Shown in pieces: positions 7,705-17,200 of a stretch of 64,000 nt of DNA. Under the pieces are notes generated by a model. That model was not told the DNA's origin and did not search any database. It worked only from the letters and a program-made list of their open reading frames with translations. The translations under genes were made by a program, and so were the position numbers. Origin of the DNA: Candidatus Poribacteria bacterium (GTDB lineage Bacteria; Poribacteria; WGA-4E; WGA-3G). The stretch covers positions 2,500-66,499 of the forward strand of contig PYJC01000170.1 in assembly GCA_003635255.1 (NCBI GenBank). Direction: 5' to 3'. Position 1 is the first letter of the stretch. Every line of letters begins with the position of its first letter.

Positions 7705-10700
7705 ATGAACAGGCTAAAACAATCAATTGATGTTTTACTTGTAGCGACCTGTATCCTGAGCGCTTTTGTGCTTTACGGTTGTGGGGCACAAAGCCTTGGT
7801 CCACAAGAACCCCTATTGCCAACGATTGAGGGGAGTTCTAAATTCTCAGCGCGTTTCCAGTTAGAAGAAGAACCCCAATTCTTCTATGACCTGTTTGGAA
7901 AAGAGCTGCTTGAAGGTAACGAGGTCTACAACTATCGCGAGCAGAAAGAGTTTGACCAGAACGGTGAATTGTTTGTTGGTTGGACAGGACAGCTGGATAG
8001 TGAAAGATTCTCGGCACAGCTCGATAGAACGGTCTTAACTGAAGACAGTTACCGTGGAAGATACACCGAATTTGCTATTGGCGACCATTTGCGCTTCAAG
8101 CCATCTACGTTATTCCCGAACCGTTACATCCTCTACAAAACAGAATTTGACGGACTTCGATGGGATATCTCTTTCGCGCAGGAGCGGCACCTTTTCACGC
8201 TTATCAATTCCCGTATTTCAAACCCCGTCCAATTGACAGATGCAGCGGCGAACCTCGCACCAACGCTCGGTCGTCGGAACGGTCTGAATGAGGACGCAGG
8301 CGTACGGCATATTGAAAACGCACGCCTCGTGGGTTTCCGAGCACAAGGGCTTTTAGGCGACATCTTCCGTGTCGGGTTCACTTATGTCAATCTTCATAAA
8401 GAACACCCGGAACGTGTTGAAAACCCACTCATGGGTACCGTAGCAAATACACCACCAGAATCAATCACAGTTGTCTTCCGCGATGATTCGCCCGAAGATA
8501 ATCATGGAACTGTCACCGTATTCTCAGGTTACGACCCGACATTACATGGCGATAATATTCAGGGCGGTGTCGGTGCAGCTTTCAAAACTATGAAAGTTAC
8601 AATTGTCACCCAAGGCTTGGAAGAGTTAACACCTGAAGACATTGAGGAAGGGGTCGAACCTAAGGCACTCCCTTCGGAAACCATAACTGAAACCCTGGAC
8701 GGCAGTAATGTAATCGCGATGCCTGTCGGTGGACTTCCTTCTGATATCCGAGATTCTGAAGATGGAGACGGGTGGAAAATCGTGGACGGCTTCAATAAGA
8801 TGAAAGTTGTTCTCGTTTTTGTGGATCCAGATGGTGCACCTTCTCCCGATGTCGCACAACTCCTTTCAGAAGGGGCATACCAAATTGATGCTGATCCCCG
8901 CACGGTTCAATCCGTCACCTTTGAGATGGTTGTAGCGGGCGATTATAACATTGCTATTATTGGAAACAGCCCTGCAAACAAAGCCGAATCAGACCCGGAA
9001 ATCCAAGAGTGGATTAAAACCGAAGATGGCCACATCCAGATGCCCTACCGTGATATTATTGAAGCACCCGGCAACTATGGGCAATCCTCAGATTACACCA
9101 GCAACCGAGCATCACTCAAAGACAAACCGAGTGAATGGACCGGTGAAGGTAGACCGCGTAAAGTCCGTTATCAATACGGTGCAGCACGCGCAGCACTCCT
9201 CTACGGGCTTGACTTAGAAGGCACTATCGGCAACGTTTTTGTCCGAGCTCACTATTCCATTAACGGTAAATATAAGCAATATCCCACCATTCCCAAAGAG
9301 CAGATTGGATTTAGCCGGCTCAAAACGACCATCCTAAGCGAAGATGGCGAAGAAGAAACCGGTATTTCCATCGACCCCGCAACAGGATTACCCTTAGATG
9401 CAAACGGAGTCCCCACATACTCTGAAACCGAGGGTGAACGATTTGAAGCCATGTTAGGTGGCGACGGAACCGATGAAAGCGGCGACGGAACAATGGGTAG
9501 AGAAACCGCATGGTTCGTCCAACTCAAATCTCGATTCGGGAAACTGTATCTTGAAGGGGTCTATTATCATATCGATCCCGGATACACAACAACCTATCTC
9601 AACTTCGGTTCTAATACTGATAGGGATCAGGAATACTCCTTAGAGCGGACACCCGCATCACAGGCAGAACAAGATCCATGGGATGAAGTCAATTACGCCC
9701 TCATTGAAGATGATGATGATGATGACGACTGGCCCGATGATGACGACTTCGACGGAGTCTTACCACGCGCTGATGACAGAGACCAGAACGGCGTTTTGGA
9801 TTTCCAAGAAGACTTCCTCATCTTTGATGCTGATCCGCCGGTCTTCACCGACCTTGTTGATCTGAACAACAACGGTACAATTGATTCTCTTGAGGACGAT
9901 TTTGAACCGCAGTATGAGTACGGAATAGACAGGGAAGGCTACCACGTTTTCGCCGAATATGACCTCCTTGATAACCTTTCACTTAAAGTCGGATGGCTTA
10001 ATGAAAACGAGGTCTCAAGTCGCCGGAAAAATGATTCCAAATACCTACATGTCACCTATCAGCGTGACATTCCAGACTTTGGAACAGTCCTCTTCCAAAA
10101 CCGATTTGTCCGAGTTCAAGACGATATCCCGGACTATACCATTACATTGCGTGTCGGTGAATTGGAACCCGTCCAAATTTCCGACGAACTTGATTTCTAC
10201 AATGCTCGTGTGAATACCACAACACTTCAGTTCCTTTATACCGCTGTTCCCAACCTCACACTTGAAGCCAAATTCCTCGTTGTACTGCAAAAACAGTTTG
10301 AGCAGGATGAGGAAGGGGCAATCTTCCTTGATGTTGAGGGATCAGGAGACGAAGGCGATCCACTCAACGCCGATCAACGTGTTGACTTTATGGTCCCCGT
10401 TGAACAGGTTCGGGCTGGTGGTGAAAGACGGGAATTCCCGTTCTATCCAGACCACGGGATTAACGCACTGGATCCCGAGGATCCCGGCTTAATCTATGAC
10501 CCCGAAAACTGGAAAAAGCGGCGTTATCCGGAACGCGATATTCGCAACCAGCAGACAATTCTCAAGGCGAGATACGAGATCCCACTCGGTGAACTCCCGT
10601 TCGTTGACAGAATCGGTGAAGATTTAACACTCACACCGATGGCGAAGTACATCTGGGATCGCGCATTTGACCGAGCATCTGAGGAAATTGGCGAAGCACT

Positions 10701-11085
10701 CAACCCACGTCAGTTCGTGCCTACTGATATCGAACCCGTCGAATACTTACGCTTCAATCGTAGAAGTCGTGAAGATGTACTCGGCGTACGGCTTGACTAT
10801 CAGTTCTCGCAAAGGATGAATATTCTTGGCGGTTTCCAATACCGGAAATTCACCAACCGGGATAATAATTTCAAAAATTATTTGACAAACTTCCCGGAAG
10901 ATGAAGATGTACCAGTCCTCTATCGACCGGACTTGAGAACTCGAATCTTTGAAGTTCAAGCGATCAACCGCGGTGAATGGCTTGGGTTCAACATCGTCAT
11001 CCTTGCTGGTTACCGGCGAACCACTATCTTGCTTGATCACACGACGAGTAACACTACCTTCGTGCGAGCAATGATGGGTTTCTAA
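7705..11085 (+). CDS. Large outer-membrane lipoprotein, predicted beta-barrel, with acidic thrombospondin-type-3/EF-hand-like calcium-binding repeats
   Basis: AGGAGG RBS; lipobox LYGC; D-rich blocks DDDDDDDWPDDDDFDG, DDRDQNGVLDF and DLNNNGTIDSLEDD; C-terminal ...VRAMMGF ends in Phe, as in OM beta-barrel signatures. Confidence 0.6.
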   Translation: MNRLKQSIDVLLVATCILSAFVLYGCGAQSLGPQEPLLPTIEGSSKFSARFQLEEEPQFFYDLFGKELLEGNEVYNYREQKEFDQNGELFVGWTGQLDSERFSAQLDRTVLTEDSYRGRYTEFAIGDHLRFKPSTLFPNRYILYKTEFDGLRWDISFAQERHLFTLINSRISNPVQLTDAAANLAPTLGRRNGLNEDAGVRHIENARLVGFRAQGLLGDIFRVGFTYVNLHKEHPERVENPLMGTVANTPPESITVVFRDDSPEDNHGTVTVFSGYDPTLHGDNIQGGVGAAFKTMKVTIVTQGLEELTPEDIEEGVEPKALPSETITETLDGSNVIAMPVGGLPSDIRDSEDGDGWKIVDGFNKMKVVLVFVDPDGAPSPDVAQLLSEGAYQIDADPRTVQSVTFEMVVAGDYNIAIIGNSPANKAESDPEIQEWIKTEDGHIQMPYRDIIEAPGNYGQSSDYTSNRASLKDKPSEWTGEGRPRKVRYQYGAARAALLYGLDLEGTIGNVFVRAHYSINGKYKQYPTIPKEQIGFSRLKTTILSEDGEEETGISIDPATGLPLDANGVPTYSETEGERFEAMLGGDGTDESGDGTMGRETAWFVQLKSRFGKLYLEGVYYHIDPGYTTTYLNFGSNTDRDQEYSLERTPASQAEQDPWDEVNYALIEDDDDDDDWPDDDDFDGVLPRADDRDQNGVLDFQEDFLIFDADPPVFTDLVDLNNNGTIDSLEDDFEPQYEYGIDREGYHVFAEYDLLDNLSLKVGWLNENEVSSRRKNDSKYLHVTYQRDIPDFGTVLFQNRFVRVQDDIPDYTITLRVGELEPVQISDELDFYNARVNTTTLQFLYTAVPNLTLEAKFLVVLQKQFEQDEEGAIFLDVEGSGDEGDPLNADQRVDFMVPVEQVRAGGERREFPFYPDHGINALDPEDPGLIYDPENWKKRRYPERDIRNQQTILKARYEIPLGELPFVDRIGEDLTLTPMAKYIWDRAFDRASEEIGEALNPRQFVPTDIEPVEYLRFNRRSREDVLGVRLDYQFSQRMNILGGFQYRKFTNRDNNFKNYLTNFPEDEDVPVLYRPDLRTRIFEVQAINRGEWLGFNIVILAGYRRTTILLDHTTSNTTFVRAMMGF

Positions 11086-11096
11086 ATGTTTTGTGT

Positions 11097-11129
11097 ATCG
11101 CTGGACACAACCTCGTGTCCAGCGATACC
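11097..11129 (+). terminator. Perfect 13-bp stem-loop immediately after the stop of the 7705 gene
   Basis: tatcgctggacac-aacctc-gtgtccagcgata. Confidence 0.5.
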
Positions 11130-11428
11130 GCGTTCAGTAATATCACCTATAATACCATTTTTTCTAACGCTTGCATAAAGCGCGTAACTTCTTAAGGACT
11201 CAAGTGTTTTTAATAGAAATGGTGTTATAACCCGTAAGGGCGATCTACAGATATAGACTTTAACTCCCAACCAGAAGAACCGTGTAGATGAAACACTCAC
11301 GTGTTAGTAAAATAAAATTAAGGTGTTAAGGTACGGTTTTCGTGCTTTATTTATACAACACTTTATGAGATGACTTGTAGTAACTTGCCAACACAATCGG
11401 CAAGTTAACCTAAGGAGGATCAGAACGA

Positions 11429-12427
11429 ATGATTCGTTTTAGTTTCGTTTTAATGCTAATTGCTTGTGTCGGTATGTCTACTGGCATCGCTTTTGCGCAA
11501 GATGATGCAAGTGGTGGAACCGTCCGAGGCAATATTGTTGACACAACCACAGCACAGAACCCGATTCCAGAGGTTCAGGTCAAGATCGTTGCTACAGGCG
11601 GGGAAGAATATGAGGCAATGACAGATGCCAATGGCGAATATGAAAAAACTGGTGTCCCCGCGGGCCGCTACCTTATCAGTATTTATAGAGAAGGATATGG
11701 CGACCGGCTCGGAAAACCTGTCACAGTCGTTAATGGCGGTGATCACTTCGTACCGCTCAAGATGACCAAAAAGGATAACATTGTTACCTTCTTCCAGAAG
11801 TTTGGATTCGTCTTCTGGCCACTCGCCCTCTGCTCTATCACGGCGTTAACCTTCATTATTGAAAGACTTTTCACCTTTGTCCGGAGTCGTTCCCGAATCG
11901 GAACTGAACAGTTCATCGCCAGTATCGCAGACTCATTGCGAAAAGAGAACATTATGGAAGCCGTCTCGACTTGTGAAGAAGCCGGCGGTCCACTTGCCAA
12001 TGTCCTTAAAGCCGGGTTACTGCGATACAGCCAAGCCCAGATCGAGGAACGCGATATTAGCAAAGAAGAAATTCAGGAAGCCATTGAGGAAGCAAGCCTG
12101 CTTGAAATCCCCGAACTGGAAAGAAATTTGCCGGTTCTCGGTACAGTCGCTGTTGTTTCGCCGCTGTTCGGTTTGCTCGGAACGGTTACAGGTATGATTA
12201 GTGCGTTTACCACAATCGCACTCGAAGGTACCGGTGACCCGCAGCAGCTCGCAGGTGGTATCTCACAGGCACTCCTCACAACTGCTGCTGGCTTGACAGT
12301 TGCTATCCCATGTTTGATTTTCTTCCAACTTTTTGATAGCTGGGTCAACAGACACATGGTTGAAATTTCACAGGTTTCTACCGAAATTGTCAATCAACTG
12401 ATTGTTGGTGAATCTGGCAACGCCTAA
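11429..12427 (+). CDS. exbB: ExbB/TolQ/MotA-family proton channel with an N-terminal signal peptide and a carboxypeptidase-regulatory-like (CarbopepD_reg) domain
   Basis: AGGAGG RBS; MotA_ExbB core ...VLGTVAVVSPLFGLLGTVTGMISAF...AGGISQALLTTAAGLTVAIP; the N-terminal roughly 110 aa beta-sandwich-like segment VRGNIVDTT...GRYLISIYREGYG. Confidence 0.8.
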   Translation: MIRFSFVLMLIACVGMSTGIAFAQDDASGGTVRGNIVDTTTAQNPIPEVQVKIVATGGEEYEAMTDANGEYEKTGVPAGRYLISIYREGYGDRLGKPVTVVNGGDHFVPLKMTKKDNIVTFFQKFGFVFWPLALCSITALTFIIERLFTFVRSRSRIGTEQFIASIADSLRKENIMEAVSTCEEAGGPLANVLKAGLLRYSQAQIEERDISKEEIQEAIEEASLLEIPELERNLPVLGTVAVVSPLFGLLGTVTGMISAFTTIALEGTGDPQQLAGGISQALLTTAAGLTVAIPCLIFFQLFDSWVNRHMVEISQVSTEIVNQLIVGESGNA

Positions 12428-12537
12428 CCTTGGAACAGAACGGCGGGTGATTTACACCCGCCTCTCCAATAGGTTTGTAGGGTGTTAGGTTCTCGAACCG
12501 CAGCCCTGGTCTCATTAACGAGAAAGGAGACTTTGAA

Positions 12538-12987
12538 ATGCAACAAGTCGGTGAAGCCAAATTGAGCCTGCTTGCAACCAAAATCAGGGAACGTAAGCCA
12601 CCAACGCTCAGTATGGCACCTATGATTGATTGTGTATTCCTGCTCCTGATTTTCTTCATGGTGTCAACAACCTTCTCGCCGATTCCCGGACTCCGGGTGC
12701 AGCTTCCCCCACCAGGGAAACCCTCGCCCGACAAACCGAAAGGGTTGACAGTCCGAATCGCGAACCCAGAACCCGGTGAGGATAGAGGCACTATGGTGTT
12801 GAACGATGCCGTTGTCCAGGTTGATGAAATGTTCAACCAGTTTATCAATGCACCGGACGAGGCAACGAACATGCTCATTATCCAATCCGAGCGGGAAGTA
12901 CTCCATGAACAGATCGTGCAGGTGATGGATATCGCAAAACAGGCAGGTATAGATAAAATCGGATTCGCTATCGTCGCAAGAGACTGA
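12538..12987 (+). CDS. exbD: ExbD/TolR biopolymer transport protein (paralog 1)
   Basis: LSMAPMIDCVFLLLIFFMVSTTF TM anchor; ExbD fold; about 150 aa. Confidence 0.85.
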   Translation: MQQVGEAKLSLLATKIRERKPPTLSMAPMIDCVFLLLIFFMVSTTFSPIPGLRVQLPPPGKPSPDKPKGLTVRIANPEPGEDRGTMVLNDAVVQVDEMFNQFINAPDEATNMLIIQSEREVLHEQIVQVMDIAKQAGIDKIGFAIVARD

Positions 12988-13039
12988 CAGTCCCACGCGA
13001 CAGCAGTAGTAATCTAATTTCTATAGAAGGAGAATTCTC

Positions 13040-13462
13040 ATGGCTTTAAACTTGGCTAAACGGCGGAAAAGAGAGGACGAGGACGACATTCCGATGGCAC
13101 CTATGATTGATTGTGTGTTCTTGTTGCTCATCTTCTTCATGGTATCTGCTGTCATGAAGGTTCCTCCGCCTTTTACTGTCACCTTACCCGATTCTGCAAC
13201 GAAGCACGAATTTACGCGAAAGAAATTCAACCTTTTCATTAACAGTGACGGACGTATTTCAATTGATGACCAAGAAATGCTAACACTGGAAGACATGGAA
13301 CTTTTCATCGCAGCACATGAAAACCAGATTACTACCTTGATTATCAAAGCAGACAAACGTGCCAAGCACGGGGATGTCATTGACGTGGTAGAACGAGCGA
13401 AAATGCGTTCCAGTAAAACGGAAGGGCTTGAAATCGCTTTCGCGGTGTCAGAAGAAGACTGA
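13040..13462 (+). CDS. exbD: ExbD/TolR biopolymer transport protein (paralog 2, divergent)
   Basis: PMAPMIDCVFLLLIFFMVSAV anchor; 140 aa. Confidence 0.85.
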   Translation: MALNLAKRRKREDEDDIPMAPMIDCVFLLLIFFMVSAVMKVPPPFTVTLPDSATKHEFTRKKFNLFINSDGRISIDDQEMLTLEDMELFIAAHENQITTLIIKADKRAKHGDVIDVVERAKMRSSKTEGLEIAFAVSEED

Positions 13463-13483
13463 GGAACACAACGGAACTAAAAA

Positions 13484-13510
13484 AGGCAGCATTCGCTGCC
13501 TTTTTTTTTG
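13484..13510 (+). terminator. Rho-independent terminator (aggcagc-attc-gctgcct followed by T9)
   Basis: 7-bp GC stem followed by nine T residues. Confidence 0.75.
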
Positions 13511-13608
13511 TCTCACAGCCAACTGCGAGATTGCTATAAACGAACGTGCGTAACTCCATACACTTTCAGGTGTTTTAAAACCAACAATAAATATGGAGGC
13601 ACATTCGC

Positions 13609-14052
13609 ATGAAACATCTGAAGAGACACAAACCACCTAAACTTAGCATGGCACCTATGATTGATTGCGTATTTCTGCTCCTGATTTTCTTCATGGTGTC
13701 AACAACTTTTGCCCCTATCCAAGGGCTTCGAGTGCAACTTCCTCCACCCCTTTCTCAACCCACGCCCGATGACTCACGCATTGTCATCATGATTGCCAAC
13801 CCTGTACCGGGTGAAACCGAAGGAGTCATCGTTATGCGTGAGGACAGTAGAGAAGAAATTGTGCAAACGGGAGATATGTTTAATTGGCTCATCAAGGCGC
13901 CTGAAGATGCCAAAAGAATGGTAACGATCCGTGCAGGTCGCGAGGTTCTCCATGAACAAATCGTCCATGTCATGGATATCGCCAAACAAGCGGGTATTGA
14001 TAGAATTGGATTCGCCCGCGCTGCTAATGCTACCGTTAGGCTCGATCGTTGA
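13609..14052 (+). CDS. exbD: ExbD/TolR biopolymer transport protein (paralog 3, near-duplicate of paralog 1)
   Basis: Same anchor and C-terminal ...REVLHEQIVHVMDIAKQAGIDRIGFA as paralog 1; own GGAGG RBS. Confidence 0.85.
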   Translation: MKHLKRHKPPKLSMAPMIDCVFLLLIFFMVSTTFAPIQGLRVQLPPPLSQPTPDDSRIVIMIANPVPGETEGVIVMREDSREEIVQTGDMFNWLIKAPEDAKRMVTIRAGREVLHEQIVHVMDIAKQAGIDRIGFARAANATVRLDR

Positions 14053-14128
14053 CAGTAACACGTACTGGATAAGATCGGTTTCACCGGCACCATTTGAAAA
14101 TGAAACCGCAGATGTCAACAAAATAGAA

Positions 14129-14170
14129 ACGCCGTGCTAACTGGATTCTACAGAAGCACGGCGTTGTTTA
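14129..14170. terminator. Bidirectional terminator between exbD3 and gltB
   Basis: acgccgtgct-(16 nt)-agcacggcgt, a 10-bp stem, then TGTTT. Confidence 0.55.
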
Positions 14171-14226
14171 ATAGGTATATTTCAGATTACGTGTAATTTC
14201 TAAAACTGTTCATCAGATCAGGATTT

Positions 14227-17200
14227 CTAACGCTTCTTCCGCTCCCTCCGAGTTGCAGCTCTCCTTTTCAGTTGGACAGGCGCCGGAAGGGGCGGTGGCG
14301 GTGGTGTTACAACCTTCCAAAAGTGCGGCAGGAACGCTTCCCAATTGGTGAGAATATTTTCGGCATGCTGACTCCCAGTATACGCTGCGTGGTTTTGTAT
14401 AAGTGCCATCAGGCTCTTAACATCTGCTTCACTCTTCACCTTTTCTATTTTCACCCAATCCGGATTGAATTTTTGCTCAAACTGCTGTTTCTCGTCCAGA
14501 ACATAGGCGGTCCCACCTGTCATCCCGGCTCCAAAGTTTCTACCCGTTTCACCGATAACCACAACTGTACCTGCGGTCATGTACTCACAGCCATGATCAC
14601 CGACACCCTCAACGATAGCAGTCGCGCCGCTATTTCGGACGCAGAACCGTTCACCAACTCTACCCGCTGCATAGAGGGTCCCGCCCGTTGCTCCATATAA
14701 GACCGTATTTCCAATGATCGCATTCTCACAAGTTTCAAACGATGCAGTTGACGCGGGTTTGATAATAAGTTCCCCGCCTGCCATACCTTTGCCAACATAG
14801 TCATTGGCTTCCCCTGTCAGCACGAATTGTACGCCACTGATACAGAAAGCACCGAAACTCTGTCCGGCACTTCCCTCAAAATTGCACTGAATTGTTCTAT
14901 CAGGTAAACCCGTATCGCCATAACGTCTCGCAATTTCACCAGATAACTTCGCCCCAACTGTCCGGTGCGTGTTCCGAATAGAATAAAAAAGTTGGACCGA
15001 TGTTTTCTGCGAGATTGCTTCCGCTGCATCCTCCAGAATCTGATCATCCAGCGGAATATCCTCCCGGTCATTCCGTTCCTGCAGATGATAGCGAGGTTGC
15101 GTACCGGTTGGATCGGCAGGTGTCAGAATTTCGCTCAAATCAAGTGTTGCAGCTTTTGGATAATCTGCGAGGTCAATCGGTTGCAGCAATTCGGGACGAC
15201 CAATAATATCGTTCAAGCATCTGTGCCCGAGATTCGCGAGAATCGCTCGAACCTCATTTGCGACCCCCAACATGAAGTTAATAACCATCTCAGGAGTCCC
15301 AGGATACTTCGCACGGAGTGCCGGATCCTGCGTGGCGACCCCAACAGGGCAAGTGTTCAGGTGGCATTGGCGCGCCATCACGCATCCGGTTGCTACCATC
15401 GCTATTGTGCCAAAACCGTATTCTTCTGCCCCTAACATAGCAGCGATGACAATATCACGTCCTGAACGCATTCCACCGTCTGCCCGCAACACAACGCGAT
15501 CTCGTAATTCGTTCTCCACGAGCGCACGCTGCGTTTCTGAAAGTCCGAGTTCCCAAGGTGTTCCTGCGTTCTTAATAGAACTCAGCGGTGAGGCACCTGT
15601 ACCCCCCTCATGTCCACTCACTTGGATGACATCGGCGTAGCCCTTTGCCACACCTGATGCAATGGTTCCAACCAAAAATTCAGACACAAGTTTCACAGCA
15701 ACCTTTGCCTGGGGATTCGCCTGCTTCAAATCATAGATGAGCTGTGCCAAGTCCTCAATAGAATAAATGTCGTGGTGCGGTGGCGGTGAAATCAACGGAA
15801 CTCCCGGCACAGAATGTCGGATAGAGGCGATTTCAGCGGTTACTTTGTGCCCCGGAATCTGTCCGCCCTCCCCAGGCTTAGATCCCTGCGCCATTTTGAT
15901 TTCCAATTCCTTCGCCGAAATCAGGTATGTTGGTGTGACACCGAAACGTCCGGATGCCACCTGTTTGATAGCACTCGAAGCAAGATCACCGTTCGGCTGT
16001 TCCTTGAAGCGAGTAGGACTTTCACCACCTTCTCCACTACCGGATTTTGCACCAAGGCGGTTCATCGCGATTGCCAAAGTCTCGTGTGTCTCACGGCTTA
16101 GTGCACCGAAAGACATACTTCCGGTTGTAAAACGCCGAACGATATCCTCCGCGGGTTCTACCGCCTCAATTGGGATAGGCGTGCTTGGCTTGAATGCAAC
16201 CAAATCACGTAAACTCGAAGGTTCACCGCTCTCAACAGCGTCAACATATTCCTCATAATCTTCCGACTTACCTGCCTTGACGAACTTGTGGAGTGATTTA
16301 AACACTGTCGGATTAAAGGCATGGAATTCGCCGTTTCTACGGAATCGGAAGTAGCCTGCTTCTTCAAGCGACGTGTCGTCTTCACTCCCTGAAAACGCTT
16401 TTGTGTGGAAATGCAGCGTCTCAGCAGCGATTTCAGCAAATCCGATACCACTTAATCGTGAAGTGGTCCCTGTAAAACACTTATCAATAACTGTAGCGTT
16501 GATACCGAGTGCCTCAAAAATCTGGGCACCCCGGTAACTTGATACCGTCGAAATCCCCATCTTCGCCATAATCTTCAAAATACCTTTTTCGACGGTTGCC
16601 TTATAGGTTTCGATCGCTTCCGCCGCTGTGAGTCCTGCAAGTTCATCATCCTCAGCGAGCTGAACAATCGTTGAAAGCGCGAGATAAGGATTGACCGCCG
16701 CTGCCCCATAGCCGATCAGGACAGCAAAATGGTGTTCTTCCCTCGCATCCCCGGTTTCAGCGATAAGGCTTACCCGCATCCGCTTTCCTTCTCGAATCAG
16801 GTGGTGATGGACAGCACCCACAGCAAGTGCCATCGGAATCGGTGCAGAATCAGGACTGACATCTTTATCGCTCAGCACGAGAAGCGTGATGCCTGCATCA
16901 ACTGCCTCGGAGGCACGCTGACATAACGCCTCCAGTGCGGTCTCCAAACCTTGTTTACCGGCGGACACTGCGAAACAGACAGAAAGTGTCGCTAGCTGAA
17001 AATCTGGTATATTGAGATCCCGTAATACTTGTAAATCTGCATTTGTTAGGACAGGTGAGGGAATCCGAATGAGTCGAGCGTGCGCTTCAGTTTCTGTGAG
17101 CAAACTATGCCGTCGTCCGAGGTAAGTTGTGAGGGACATCACTAAACGTTCACGGATTGAGTCAATAGGCGGATTTGTTACCTGCGCGAAGCGTTGTTTG

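Noticed and set aside
11082-11300. 72-aa minus-strand ORF after the outer-membrane protein gene
   Set aside because: It spans the terminator hairpin and intergenic DNA and shows no RBS or coding periodicity.
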